Shown: in pieces, positions 11,550-22,178 of the stretch | Numbering within the stretch: the first letter of the stretch is position 1 | Layout of the letters: every line of letters begins with the position of its first letter | Assembly: GCA_963925635.1 (NCBI GenBank) | Contig: CAWUTT010000004.1 | Span: 6,133-70,132 of the forward strand | Direction: 5' to 3' | Length of the DNA: 64,000 nucleotides | Source of the DNA: an uncultured Pseudomonadales bacterium | Lineage (GTDB): Bacteria; Pseudomonadota; Gammaproteobacteria; Pseudomonadales; Balneatricaceae | Program-made: the position numbers and the translations under genes | Notes under the pieces: generated by a model | Database searches by the model: none | Told to the model about the DNA's origin: nothing | The model's input: the letters and a program-made list of their open reading frames with translations, nothing else

Positions 11550-12860
11550 TTACGAGTCCCACGGATTAGCTGCCTTACCTACAAAAGGTGTGGCATCCAT
11601 TCCTATACGACTCAATATTTGTAAAAAATCACGCTTCTGTAAGCGCACGTCCAACACCATATGGCCTTGGTCATTAATGTCTTCTTTTTCAACCGCGTCT
11701 AGGGCGTATAGCTGCGCTCTCAAATTACCATACTGAGGCTCCAGCACAATTTGTTGAGCAAACAACTCACCACCTAGGCGCTCACTAATGGCTTGCACCA
11801 AAAGGTCTACACCTTCACCCGTTAAAGCGCTTAACCAAACCCGTCTTGGCACACCATAACCATCACGGTCGATTCGCGCTGGGCAATCTTCCAACATATC
11901 AATTTTGTTGTATACCAACAAATGCGGCAGGTCATCGGCGCCAATTTCTTCCAGTACCGACTCAACCTCTTTTATATTGTCATCGCGCTTTTCATCATGC
12001 GCATCAACCAGATGCAACAACAATGTGGCTTCTGCAGTTTCTTGCAGCGTGGCCCGAAAGGCATCAACGAGTTTATGTGGCAAATGCCGAATAAAGCCCA
12101 CTGTGTCTACCAATATAGTGGGGCCAACATCTTTAATTTCAAGACGTCTAAAGGTTGGATCCAAAGTGGCGAACAACTGATCTGCGGCATACACGTCGGC
12201 AATAGTAATGCGATTAAACAAGCTGGACTTACCCGCATTAGTATAACCTACCAAAGAGATGGTGGGCACTTCTGCACGCCGACGGGCACGACGCCCCTGC
12301 TCACGTTGCTTACGCACCTTACCGAGGCGTTTCAATATGGTGTTAATACGCACGCGCAATAAACGACGGTCAGTTTCTAACTGGGTCTCACCTGGACCAC
12401 GCAGACCAATACCACCTTTTTGGCGCTCTAGATGGGTCCATCCTCGAACCAAACGCGTGGACATGTGCTCTAACTGGGCTAACTCAACTTGTAACTTGCC
12501 CTCATGGGTGCGCGCACGTTGAGCAAAAATATCAAGAATCAAACCGGTTCGGTCTAGCACCCTGCACTGCAGCTCAAGTTCTAAGTTTCTTTCTTGGCCT
12601 GGGCTTAGCGAATGATTAAAGATGACTATTTCAGCTTCGTGCTGTTCCACAGCCAGCCTAATCTCTTCGACTTTGCCTGAACCTACATAGGTTTTTGGAT
12701 GAGGGGTTGCGCGTGAGCCACCTATGACTTGCAGGGGGTCTGCGCCGGCTGAATAAACCAGCTCTTTTAATTCATTGGCATCTTCACGCTCACCTTCTTG
12801 GCCCATTTCAAGATGGACAAGGATCGCACGTTCGCCTGATTGATGACGTTCAAAAAACAA
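11550..12860 (-). CDS. hflX: Ribosome-rescue GTPase HflX
   Basis: GPGETQLETDRR, GYTNAGKS, DTVGF, NKID; TTG start. Confidence 0.96.
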   Translation of the reverse strand: MFFERHQSGERAILVHLEMGQEGEREDANELKELVYSAGADPLQVIGGSRATPHPKTYVGSGKVEEIRLAVEQHEAEIVIFNHSLSPGQERNLELELQCRVLDRTGLILDIFAQRARTHEGKLQVELAQLEHMSTRLVRGWTHLERQKGGIGLRGPGETQLETDRRLLRVRINTILKRLGKVRKQREQGRRARRRAEVPTISLVGYTNAGKSSLFNRITIADVYAADQLFATLDPTFRRLEIKDVGPTILVDTVGFIRHLPHKLVDAFRATLQETAEATLLLHLVDAHDEKRDDNIKEVESVLEEIGADDLPHLLVYNKIDMLEDCPARIDRDGYGVPRRVWLSALTGEGVDLLVQAISERLGGELFAQQIVLEPQYGNLRAQLYALDAVEKEDINDQGHMVLDVRLQKRDFLQILSRIGMDATPFVGKAANPWDS

Positions 12861-12925
12861 TACAGTAACCTAAATCAAAGCGAGCACCTAGTGGTGCTCG
12901 TTGGGGATTCACAAAAGCCAAAAAA

Positions 12926-13159
12926 CTAATCTAACTCGTCTTCGGCTGGCATTTTAACTGGGCGCGAAGGCACGACAGTTGAAATAGCATGTTTATAGAC
13001 CATTTGAGAAACCGTATTTTTTAACAGAATTACAAATTGATCAAAAGACTCAATTTGGCCCTGTAACTTAATACCGTTGACCAAAAAAATGGATACTGGC
13101 ACTCGCTCTTTGCGCAGTACATTTAAGTAAGGGTCTTGTAACGTTTGCCCTTTTGACAT
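12926..13159 (-). CDS. hfq: RNA chaperone Hfq
   Basis: [26 protein letters not shown]...[10 protein letters not shown]. Confidence 0.98.
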   Translation of the reverse strand: MSKGQTLQDPYLNVLRKERVPVSIFLVNGIKLQGQIESFDQFVILLKNTVSQMVYKHAISTVVPSRPVKMPAEDELD

Positions 13160-13259
13160 GATAACTCCTTGTGTCGTTAATCTAACTTCGGCTTAAGGCC
13201 GGAAAATGATAATGCTCAAATGCACCTATAGATGCAAGTCGTTTTACATAGCCTTTACG

Positions 13260-14216
13260 CTATTGTTCTATTCTATCGAATAATTGCAAAACTTTGAATA
13301 ATAATTTTGTATCCAAGCTATCAAACACCTGTAATTCTGGCCAACTACGCAACCAAGTCAACTGCCTTTTGGCCAATTGACGAGTGGCTACAATGCCTTT
13401 ATATTGCATAGTGGCATAGTCATACTCGCCCGCCAAGTGCTGCCACATCTGGCGATAACCCACACAGCGCATAGACGGCAGATCAATATTCAGGTCTCCA
13501 CGAGCCATTAAAGACGCCACTTCTTGCTTAAATCCTTGCTGCAACATTATTTCATAACGCTGCTCAATTCTATGATGCAATAAGGCCCGATCGGGCGGCC
13601 ACACGCCAATTGAGGTCACTTGATAAGGTAAAGGTTGTTGCTTTTGCCTCGCCCAATGGGCGGTTAGGGTTTCCCCACTCAGTAAAAACACTTCCATGGC
13701 CCGAGTAATGCGCTGAGGATCGGCCGCATTAATCCGTGCTCCAGCTACCGCATCGATGGCACACAAGCGCGCGTGCATGGCGGCTAAACCCTGGTCTTGT
13801 ATTTCTTGCTCTAACTGCCAACGTAGAGCGGGTTCTGAGGCAGGCAATGGCGCTAAGCCGTCCATGAGGGCTTTATAGTACATCATGGTACCCCCCACCA
13901 GCAGAGGCACTTTGCCGCGCTCAGTAATTTGCGCCATAAGGGCCAGAGCATCGGTGCGAAACCGAGCTGCCGAATAGGCCTCAAGGGGATCACAAATATT
14001 GATTAAGTGATGCGGTGCCAGAGCCAGAGTAGCAGCGTCTGGCTTGGCGCTACCCACATCCATGCCTTGGTATATTTGCGCCGAGTCTACCGAAATAATT
14101 TCACAGGCACGCTGCTGCACCAACTCTATCGCCAAATCTGTTTTACCTGCGGCAGTGGGCCCCATAAGAAAAATAACGGGGGGTAGCTGAGTTTCTGGCA
14201 ACGGCATAGATGGCAC
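13260..14216 (-). CDS. miaA: tRNA dimethylallyltransferase
   Basis: GPTAAGKT, SVDSAQIY, TRQLAKRQLTW. Confidence 0.96.
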   Translation of the reverse strand: MPSMPLPETQLPPVIFLMGPTAAGKTDLAIELVQQRACEIISVDSAQIYQGMDVGSAKPDAATLALAPHHLINICDPLEAYSAARFRTDALALMAQITERGKVPLLVGGTMMYYKALMDGLAPLPASEPALRWQLEQEIQDQGLAAMHARLCAIDAVAGARINAADPQRITRAMEVFLLSGETLTAHWARQKQQPLPYQVTSIGVWPPDRALLHHRIEQRYEIMLQQGFKQEVASLMARGDLNIDLPSMRCVGYRQMWQHLAGEYDYATMQYKGIVATRQLAKRQLTWLRSWPELQVFDSLDTKLLFKVLQLFDRIEQ

Positions 14217-14219
14217 TGA

Positions 14220-16094
14220 CTATTGCCCCCGCATAAACAACTTATCCAGCTCAGACAAGCTCAGCTGGGTCCATGTAGGGCGCCCATGGTTGCACTGGCC
14301 ACTGCGCTCAGTAATTTCCATATCCCGCAACAGGGCGTTCATTTCCACATGGTTTAGCCTGCGATTAGCCCGCACGGCACCATGGCAAGCCATGGTACCC
14401 AAAAGTTCATTATGGGCGGCCCTAATGCGATCACTGCTGCCGTAGGTGACCACATCGGCTAATACGTCACGTACCAGCTGTTCAACATTGGCGTGCTGTA
14501 ACAAACTAGGCACCTGCCTCACGACTAAATTCTCCGTGCCCGCACGGTCGATGACAAAACCTAACTCAGCAAACAATTGCTGCTGCGCCTCAACCTGATC
14601 GGCTTCCCGGGAACTGACTGCCATGGCAATGGGCACTAACAGAGGTTGGGCCTTAATACCCTGCTGGGCCCAGGAAACTTTCATCTTTTCGTAAACAATG
14701 CGCTCATGGGCTGCATGCATATCGACCAATACCAAACCTTTAGCATTTTCAGCAACAATATAGATGCCATGCAACTGAGCCACAGCGTAACCCAAAGGCG
14801 GCACCTGACCCGCCTCTGTTGCCGAACTTGCTAAGGTTTCTGAATGATCATGCAGGCTGCCATACACTTGGGCCTGTTCCTGCATTTGCCGCGGTGAGTG
14901 CGGGTTTAATGATCCCGTTTGCCAAGGCACCTGCTGCATGGGGGAGGCTAAAGGGTTGCCTGCAACTTGCCCCAGATCGACCTGTGTTTGGCCAGCAAAT
15001 ACTCCCGCCTCAATTCCCTGGGGCGTTATTGAGGGCTGTTCCTGCATTACGCCTAATTGCTCAATACCTCCACCCGTAGGCATTTCAGGCCTCACTTGAG
15101 CCAAGGCTTTGTGCAAACTACGAAAAATAAAATCGTGCACTAAACGCCCATCACGAAAACGCACTTCGTTTTTAGTGGGATGAACATTGACATCCACGTT
15201 GGCTGGCTCCAGGTCTAGATAAAGCACGAAGGCTGGATGACGTCCATGATAAAGCACATCTCGGTAGGCCTGGCGCACGGCATGGCCGACTAATTTGTCT
15301 CGCACCACGCGACCATTAACAAAAAAATACTGCAGATCCATTTGGCTTCGAGAGAAGGTCGGCAGACCCACCCACCCCCATAATTTTAATCCGGGGGCTT
15401 CCATTTCGATATGCAGCGCTTGCTGCATAAAAGCTGGCCCACACACACTAGCCACGCGCTTTTCTTGGGCAGCTTGGGTGTCTGCCGGGCGCAAGTTGTG
15501 AATCACTTTTTGATTGTGCTTAAGGCTAAAAGCCACATCAAAACGACTTAACGCTAAGCGCTTTATGACTTCTTCTAAGTGGCCAAACTCTGTTTTTTCG
15601 GTCCGTAAAAACTTACGCCTCGCGGGCGTATTAAAAAACAAATCCCTCACTTCAACACTGGTGCCTACTGGGTGAGCAGCGGGCTGTAATTGAGGTGTCA
15701 TGTCGCGCCCTTCGGTCATCACCTGCCAAGCACTGTCTTGACCTTCGATGTTTGATGTCAATGTGAGGCGTGATACGGAACTTACACTGGCCAATGCTTC
15801 GCCGCGGAAACCTAAACTTTGCACTGACTCCAAATCCTCTAAACTCGAAATCTTACTGGTGGCATGACGACTTAAGGCCAAGCCTAAATCTTGCTCACCA
15901 ATACCAGTGCCATTGTCACGCACGCGCATCAGCTTTACGCCGCCTTGTTCTACGTCAACATCGATTTTATTGGCCTGCGCATCAAGGCAGTTTTCCAACA
16001 GTTCTTTAATCACCGAGGCCGGACGCTCTACGACTTCACCGGCGGCAATTTGGTTAGCCAGACGCGGAGTGAGTTGGTGGATTTTTGTAGTCAT
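14220..16094 (-). CDS. mutL: DNA mismatch repair endonuclease MutL
   Basis: [19 protein letters not shown]; endonuclease motifs [21 protein letters not shown]; start moved to MTTKIH. Confidence 0.97.
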   Translation of the reverse strand: MTTKIHQLTPRLANQIAAGEVVERPASVIKELLENCLDAQANKIDVDVEQGGVKLMRVRDNGTGIGEQDLGLALSRHATSKISSLEDLESVQSLGFRGEALASVSSVSRLTLTSNIEGQDSAWQVMTEGRDMTPQLQPAAHPVGTSVEVRDLFFNTPARRKFLRTEKTEFGHLEEVIKRLALSRFDVAFSLKHNQKVIHNLRPADTQAAQEKRVASVCGPAFMQQALHIEMEAPGLKLWGWVGLPTFSRSQMDLQYFFVNGRVVRDKLVGHAVRQAYRDVLYHGRHPAFVLYLDLEPANVDVNVHPTKNEVRFRDGRLVHDFIFRSLHKALAQVRPEMPTGGGIEQLGVMQEQPSITPQGIEAGVFAGQTQVDLGQVAGNPLASPMQQVPWQTGSLNPHSPRQMQEQAQVYGSLHDHSETLASSATEAGQVPPLGYAVAQLHGIYIVAENAKGLVLVDMHAAHERIVYEKMKVSWAQQGIKAQPLLVPIAMAVSSREADQVEAQQQLFAELGFVIDRAGTENLVVRQVPSLLQHANVEQLVRDVLADVVTYGSSDRIRAAHNELLGTMACHGAVRANRRLNHVEMNALLRDMEITERSGQCNHGRPTWTQLSLSELDKLFMRGQ

Positions 16095-16127
16095 TAAGGT
16101 ACTCGTAATCAATAATGGGCAGACCAA

Positions 16128-17501
16128 CTAGCCTGCTGGAATAATAAGCGTTTTACCCACCAATAATATGGATTTATTAGTCATTTTATTGGCATTTTGC
16201 AGGTGCTTGACACTGGTACTGTAGCGTTGAGCAATACCAGAAAGGGTATCGCCAGATACCACCTTGTGGTATCGGAGTTTGCGTTTCGCCTCTACCACGG
16301 CGGCAACATAGGTATTGGCTATAGGGTGGCTGTAGAAGTAGCTTTTCAAACCCTTAAAAATAGCCCTGGCCATTTGTTTTTGATAGCCTACAGTGCGCAA
16401 TTTTGCAGCCTCACTAGGGTTAGAAATAAACCCCGTCTCCACTAAAATAGAAGGCACATCGGGTGATTTAAGCACCACAAAACCAGCTTTTTCAACCTGT
16501 TTTTTATGTAACTTAGCAATTTTTCCAATATTGCTGAGCACTTCTTCAGCCACACCCCTGCCGGTAATTTGACTGTAACCCATAGACATATGAACCAAGG
16601 TCTCGACCACGTCAGGGCTTTTGTCATTTAAGTTTATACTACCAATGTAGCTACCCGCTGAGTCAGTGCTATTTTCACTTTTCTCCAAAAACCGACCCAA
16701 TTCGCTAGACGCGCCTCTGGTTGACAGCACCCACACTGATGCCCCTTTAGCTCGAGGGTTTGTAAAAGCGTCGGCGTGTATAGAAATAAATAAATCAGCT
16801 TTGGCTTCCCGAGCTTTTTTAGTGCGATTTTTTAAGCGTATGTAATAATCACCTGTACGAGTGAGCAGGGATTCAAAGCCAGGTTCCTTTTTGAGCAGCG
16901 CTTCTAAGTGTTTAGCGATACTTAAAACGACACGCTTTTCTTGCAGCTTTTTGCCACCAAACCTAGGCCCTAGAGCACCTGGATCTTCACCACCGTGGCC
17001 AGCATCAATAGCAATCACAATATCCCTTTGGCTATCTAGCAAGTCCAGACTGCTTAGGGTTTTGGTTTGTGGCTGCGATGGTTTGATCACCGCTCCTTTG
17101 GTAGGCTTTACTGGCGTCGCTTTATAGTTAGATAAGTCCACTACTAGGCGGTGACCATAACTGGCATTAGGCGCCAAGGTGAAAATTTTGTGATTGGCTT
17201 GGTAGACTAAATCTAGCACCAGGCGTAACTTATTATCACTGCGCTGGCTAGAGCGGATACTGCGTATAGGACTGTTAGTAAAGTCTAGCTTGGCCACAGA
17301 GGTCGACAACACGCTGGCGTCAATGTCTATGACTAAACGATCTGGGTTAGTGAGCGTGATTTTCTCAAAGGTCACTGCCGCACTCACATCAAACACTAAA
17401 CGGGTGTTATCTGGGGCTGGCCAAATGCGGATGTTATCGATGGTCGCAGCCCAAGTAGCGCTGCACCAACACGTCAATATAAGCAACCAATACGGCTTCA
17501 T
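16128..17501 (-). CDS. amiB: N-acetylmuramoyl-L-alanine amidase (signal peptide, AMIN, Amidase_3, LysM)
   Basis: IDAGHGGEDPGA, SIHAD, LVETGFISN; C-terminal VVSGDTLSGIA LysM. Confidence 0.9.
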   Translation of the reverse strand: MKPYWLLILTCWCSATWAATIDNIRIWPAPDNTRLVFDVSAAVTFEKITLTNPDRLVIDIDASVLSTSVAKLDFTNSPIRSIRSSQRSDNKLRLVLDLVYQANHKIFTLAPNASYGHRLVVDLSNYKATPVKPTKGAVIKPSQPQTKTLSSLDLLDSQRDIVIAIDAGHGGEDPGALGPRFGGKKLQEKRVVLSIAKHLEALLKKEPGFESLLTRTGDYYIRLKNRTKKAREAKADLFISIHADAFTNPRAKGASVWVLSTRGASSELGRFLEKSENSTDSAGSYIGSINLNDKSPDVVETLVHMSMGYSQITGRGVAEEVLSNIGKIAKLHKKQVEKAGFVVLKSPDVPSILVETGFISNPSEAAKLRTVGYQKQMARAIFKGLKSYFYSHPIANTYVAAVVEAKRKLRYHKVVSGDTLSGIAQRYSTSVKHLQNANKMTNKSILLVGKTLIIPAG

Positions 17502-17980
17502 TATTGAACCTTACCTAGGCCATGCAGTACTGCATCACCCATACTAGAATGTGCCACAAAGGTGAGTTGGCGTCCACGGTCTAGGGGATGAATGGTTAAT
17601 ACAATATCGGCGTTGGGTAGATAGCCCAAGCCTTTATCAGGCCACTCGATTAAATTAATAGCGCACCCATCAAAGTAGTCTCGAATGCCTAAATATTCTA
17701 ATTCTTCTGGGTTTCCCAATCGGTACAGGTCAAAGTGATGTAGTTTTTGCTGTTCAAACTGATAGGGCTCGACTAAGGTATAGGTCGGGCTTTTGGTTGC
17801 GCCTTGATGACCAAAATGGCGCATAACACCTCGTGTAAAAGTGGTTTTCCCCATGCCCAAGTCGCCCTGTAAAAATACCGTAGCACCCTGTGCCCCTATG
17901 CTTAACACCTGTCCAAACTGCATGCCCAGAGCCACCATTGCATCTTCGCCGTGGGCTTGTAGTTGATACTCTTGGGGCAT
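17501..17980 (-). CDS. tsaE: t6A biosynthesis ATPase
   Basis: GDLGMGKTT, KSPTYTLVEPY, HFDLYRL, IEWP. Confidence 0.96.
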   Translation of the reverse strand: MPQEYQLQAHGEDAMVALGMQFGQVLSIGAQGATVFLQGDLGMGKTTFTRGVMRHFGHQGATKSPTYTLVEPYQFEQQKLHHFDLYRLGNPEELEYLGIRDYFDGCAINLIEWPDKGLGYLPNADIVLTIHPLDRGRQLTFVAHSSMGDAVLHGLGKVQ

Positions 17981-18126
17981 GGACTCGACAATCCTACTTA
18001 ATAGGTTAATTATTAGAATGCAATATAGCCTAAAAGCACAATAAAAACCGCCTATCGAGTAGGTATTTGATTGATTTTTTTGGTTTTTAGAGATTCAGGA
18101 GATTCGACTAGGTTAGAATAACACCC

Positions 18127-19299
18127 ATGCCAACGCAAAACTCACCACCATTAAGCCCAACGTCTGCGCTAACTTCGCAACAACTTGCAGATTTAGCCAT
18201 CAACATCAAACAGCTCGCTAGTGAGTTTGGCTTTGCCGATTGTGGCATCACTGATACTGACAACGAAAGCGCAGGCCAACGTTTAGAGCAGTGGTTAGAT
18301 CTGGGCTACCATGCCGACATGGACTACATGAGTAAACACGGCAGTAAACGCTATCGTGCTGCCGAACTAGTGCCAGGCACCAAACGCATTATTTGTTTGC
18401 GCATGGATTACCTAGACCCGAAATTAACCACCTTAAGTACTTTAGAAGATGCAGAGCAGGCTTATATTGCCCGTTATGCCCTGGGCAGGGATTACCATAA
18501 ATTGGTGCGCAAACGCTTAGCTCAACTAAGCAAAGCCATTGAAGCCTTGATCGGGCCATTTGGTCATCGGGTGTTTGTTGACAGTGCGCCGGTACTGGAA
18601 AAACCCCTTGCCCAAAAAGCAGGTCTAGGCTGGCAAGGCAAACACACACTGCTCATTAACCGTAAGCAAGGCTCGTGGTTTTTACTCGGTGAAATCTTTG
18701 TTGATCTAGCCCTCCCCATAGACCCACCTTACGACAAAGACCATTGCAGTCGCTGTAGTTCCTGCATGACCGTATGTCCGACCTCAGCATTTCCAGAACC
18801 TTATGTGTTAGATGCCAACCGGTGTATCGCTTATTTAACCATTGAGCACAAGGGCAGCATCCCCCTTGAACTTAGGCCTTTGATGGGCAATCGGGTATTC
18901 GGTTGTGATGACTGCCAACTTGCTTGCCCCTGGAATCGCGCACCTGCCGCCACCAAAGAAGATGACTTCAAACCTCGTCACGGCCTAGACCAAGCAAAAT
19001 TGGCCGCACTGTTCATGTGGACAGAGGCCGAGTTTTTAACCCGTACCGAAGGATCGCCAATCAGACGTGCAGGTTTTGAAGGTTGGCAACGCAATCTAGC
19101 CATTGGTTTAGGTAATGGCCCAGCCACACCAGCCACACTGCACGCATTGCAACAACAGCGCAGCAGTGCCACACCGATGGTAATGGAACACATAGACTGG
19201 GCATTGGATCAATTAAGGCAACGCCAAGCGCAGATCATCCCTATTACCCCAGTGCCCCTAGCCCATCATTTGGGTCATAAATTAAAACACCTGTGTTAG
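18127..19299 (+). CDS. queG: Epoxyqueuosine reductase
   Basis: YALGRDYH, VDSAPVLEK, CxxCxxCxxxCP, FGCDDCQLACPWN. Confidence 0.95.
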   Translation: MPTQNSPPLSPTSALTSQQLADLAINIKQLASEFGFADCGITDTDNESAGQRLEQWLDLGYHADMDYMSKHGSKRYRAAELVPGTKRIICLRMDYLDPKLTTLSTLEDAEQAYIARYALGRDYHKLVRKRLAQLSKAIEALIGPFGHRVFVDSAPVLEKPLAQKAGLGWQGKHTLLINRKQGSWFLLGEIFVDLALPIDPPYDKDHCSRCSSCMTVCPTSAFPEPYVLDANRCIAYLTIEHKGSIPLELRPLMGNRVFGCDDCQLACPWNRAPAATKEDDFKPRHGLDQAKLAALFMWTEAEFLTRTEGSPIRRAGFEGWQRNLAIGLGNGPATPATLHALQQQRSSATPMVMEHIDWALDQLRQRQAQIIPITPVPLAHHLGHKLKHLC

Positions 19300-19564
19300 A
19301 CCCAACCTCGTGATTAATACCCATAATAGCCACACCCAGACAGTGCTTGCCTAAATATTCCCTGCTGCCAAAAAAAAGTGGCGATATTAATTATCTGTAC
19401 TAAAGTTTTATGGAGGTCGTGCTTTTGCAGATCTTGCTTTGGTTTTTTCGTGCGCAGGCATTTTTCAATGATTCAGACCTATGAAAGCAGCACTATAAAA
19501 TAATTAAAATAAATTGGTTTTAAATCAATTATTCGTTAATTCAATTATTAAAGGGGAAAGCACA

Positions 19565-21340
19565 TTGGCTATTTCACCACCGTTAAAAGAGCTCAATATT
19601 GCCCTGTCGAAAGACGGGTTCTACACTGGGTTTAATAGTTTGGTTACACTGGGGTCAAAACTCATTATTGCTTTGATCGTTATCTGGTGTGTTGTTGATC
19701 CTGCAGCCGCAGGAAAAGTTCTAGGTGATATGAAAAATTGGTCATTTTCACATCTGAATTACTATTATACCTACACTGTAGCATTCTTTATTGTGGTCTG
19801 TATTATCATCTCAGTGCATCCTAAGTGGGGCAAAATTAAGTTAGGTGTTGCTGACGAAAAACCTGAGTTTTCTAACTTCTCATGGTTTTCAATGATGTTT
19901 GGTGCCGGTATTGGTATTGGCATGCTAGGTTATGCTGCAGGAGAGCCCATGTGGCACATTGCTGATAACCCGGACATTCGCATGGGCGCGATGGCTATCA
20001 AAGAGGCCTTTACTGCGGCCAATATTGTGTTAGCTGATGGTGCTGATATTTGGACTGAGTACGGGACGCAGGTTGCTGCGGGGACCGTGGGGGCGATTGA
20101 TGGCCTGGTTATGCCTAAAACTGAATCGGCCCTTGAGTCAGTTTTTATGTACTCTTTTTTGCATTGGGGCTTGGGGGCTTGGGCCTGTTATGCCCTAGTG
20201 GGCATTTCTCTTGCCTTCTTTAGCTACTCCCGTGGACTGCCGTTAACGATTCGATCCACCCTGACGCCGTTGTTTGGTAAGTCCTTGGAAGGTAATCTGG
20301 GTCACATTGTCGACGTCACTGCAATCGTGGCAACCATCTTGGGCATTGGTCAAACCATAGGCTTAGGTCTGGCGTCATTTTCATCAGGTCTGTACAACAT
20401 TACAGGTGCACAGTGGCTAATCACCGAAGGAGGGCCTTCGACAGCGTCCTTATTGGTTGCCTTAGGCGTGGTCATGATCTGCTCAACCCTATCTGCGTTA
20501 TCTGGTGTGGGTAAAGGCATTAAATGGTTAAGCAACATTAATATGGTGCTTTCCATGGGCTTGTTAATATTCTTCGCGATTTTTGGCTCTACCATGCTGG
20601 CGATGGAATTATTAGGCAAAGGTATCTTCACTTACGTGATTAACTTACCTGCACTCACCTTCACTGTATTCCCTGCTGATGGCCCTGGTAGCCCAGGTGA
20701 GTGGCAAGGCTGGTGGTCAATTTTCTATTGGGCATGGTGGATTGCCTTCGCTCCTTTTGTGGGTATTTTCTTGGCTCGTATTTCTAAGAACCGCACCATT
20801 CGCGAGTTTGCTGTGGGTGCCATCATTGCCCCTTCATTGATGTGTTTCCTTTGGTTCACCTTGTTGGGGGGCACCGCCATTGACCTAGAATTGAGTGGTG
20901 TTGCAGAGGGTGCGATATTTGCTAAAAGCCTCACCGCACAGCTCTACGAAGTGATCAACGTCATGCTCGATTCTGGTAAGGGCGTAATGTCTTTCTTGAT
21001 CGTTATATTGTTATTGACCTACTTGGTGACTTCAGCCGATTCGGCGGTTCTGGTGGTGAACACTATTAGTGCGGGCGGATCAACTGGGTCTGCGGGTAAA
21101 GCCCATATCATAGTCTGGGGTATTATCTTAACCGCTGTTATCGGTGCCCTGTTATTGGCTGGAGGTTTAAATGCCATTCAAGCCGCCATGATTATTGGTG
21201 CTATACCCTTCTCCTTTATGATGATTCTCATGGGCATTTCGTTGCTTAAGGCGTTATACAGAGACGGAATCAGGCATCAGGAAGAGGCCGCAGTCGAGGT
21301 TGCACCGTCCGACTCAACTGGCGATAGCTTGGCCTCATAG
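19565..21340 (+). CDS. BCCT-family (betaine/carnitine/choline) transporter
   Basis: KPEFSNFSWFSMMFGAGIGIG, FLHWG, WSIFYWAWWIAFAPFVGIFLARIS, TSADS; probable TTG start after GGGGA. Confidence 0.93.
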   Translation: MAISPPLKELNIALSKDGFYTGFNSLVTLGSKLIIALIVIWCVVDPAAAGKVLGDMKNWSFSHLNYYYTYTVAFFIVVCIIISVHPKWGKIKLGVADEKPEFSNFSWFSMMFGAGIGIGMLGYAAGEPMWHIADNPDIRMGAMAIKEAFTAANIVLADGADIWTEYGTQVAAGTVGAIDGLVMPKTESALESVFMYSFLHWGLGAWACYALVGISLAFFSYSRGLPLTIRSTLTPLFGKSLEGNLGHIVDVTAIVATILGIGQTIGLGLASFSSGLYNITGAQWLITEGGPSTASLLVALGVVMICSTLSALSGVGKGIKWLSNINMVLSMGLLIFFAIFGSTMLAMELLGKGIFTYVINLPALTFTVFPADGPGSPGEWQGWWSIFYWAWWIAFAPFVGIFLARISKNRTIREFAVGAIIAPSLMCFLWFTLLGGTAIDLELSGVAEGAIFAKSLTAQLYEVINVMLDSGKGVMSFLIVILLLTYLVTSADSAVLVVNTISAGGSTGSAGKAHIIVWGIILTAVIGALLLAGGLNAIQAAMIIGAIPFSFMMILMGISLLKALYRDGIRHQEEAAVEVAPSDSTGDSLAS

Positions 21341-21366
21341 GCTCTTTCTTTCATCAGTTGTAGTCT

Positions 21367-21399
21367 CATAAACCGCCACTTTTTTAGTGGCGGTTTATG
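21367..21399. terminator. Hairpin/terminator between the BCCT gene and orn
   Basis: Perfect 14-bp inverted repeat CATAAACCGCCACT-ttttt-AGTGGCGGTTTATG. Confidence 0.75.
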
Positions 21400-21434
21400 T
21401 TTGCTTTAGACTTCAATACAGGGGCTATTTTACG

Positions 21435-21509
21435 CTCCTTTAACCTAAACTCCTTTAATCTAAGCTACTTTAATCTAAGCTCCTTTAATCTAAGTGCCTT
21501 TAACCTAAA
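21435..21509. repeat. Five 15-bp tandem repeats, consensus CTCCTTTAAYCTAAR
   Basis: ctcctttaacctaaa/ctcctttaatctaag/ctactttaatctaag/ctcctttaatctaag/tgcctttaacctaaa, read directly. Confidence 0.92.
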
Positions 21510-21537
21510 GTTAACTCAGACTCAGGTTACTCTTAGC

Positions 21538-22083
21538 TTAGCTTAGCTTCAAAAAGTGGTCTCGGTAATAAGACATTTCAGCGATCGAATCACGCACATC
21601 ATCCAAAGCCAGGTGGCTGCCTTCTTTTTTAAGGCCGTTCAGTAGCTCTGGGCGCCAGCGACGAGCGAGCTCCTTTAGGGTACTCACATCCACATTGCGG
21701 TAGTGAAAATACGCCTCTAACTGAGGCATGTATTTAACTAAAAAGCGCCGATCTTGACCAATAGTATTGCCACACATAGGTGAGTGTCCACCATCGACCA
21801 GGGCTTTAAGAAAAGCAATCGTTTGCTGTTCTGCCTCGGCACAGGTGACGATGCTGTCTCGCACCCGCTGGGTTAGGCCTGATTGACCATGCTGCTTAAT
21901 ACACCAAGCATTCATCGACGCCAATACCGAATCACTTTGATGGATAACTATGGATGGCCCTTCGGCCAGAATATTTAAATGGGCATCGGTGACAATGGTG
22001 GCAATTTCAATAATAACGTCTTGTTCTGGGTCTAGACCGGTCATTTCGAGGTCTAGCCAAATTAAATTTTGTGGGTGTTTCAC
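21538..22083 (-). CDS. orn: Oligoribonuclease
   Basis: [35 protein letters not shown]. Confidence 0.96.
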   Translation of the reverse strand: MKHPQNLIWLDLEMTGLDPEQDVIIEIATIVTDAHLNILAEGPSIVIHQSDSVLASMNAWCIKQHGQSGLTQRVRDSIVTCAEAEQQTIAFLKALVDGGHSPMCGNTIGQDRRFLVKYMPQLEAYFHYRNVDVSTLKELARRWRPELLNGLKKEGSHLALDDVRDSIAEMSYYRDHFLKLS

Positions 22084-22178
22084 AAGAAAAATGCTCCAAA
22101 TGATATTGATTCACTGAATTATGCCTCACTTCGCGGTAGAATGAAGCCTTTACTGACAACACAGTATATTAATTCTCA

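Noticed and set aside
19300-19560. tRNA-Gly cluster (E. coli position) or a BetI/GbdR operator
   Set aside because: No cloverleaf or TTCGA T-loop is visible, and there is no convincing operator match.
21435-21509. CRISPR array
   Set aside because: Units are 15 bp, directly adjacent with no spacers, and there are no cas genes in the window.
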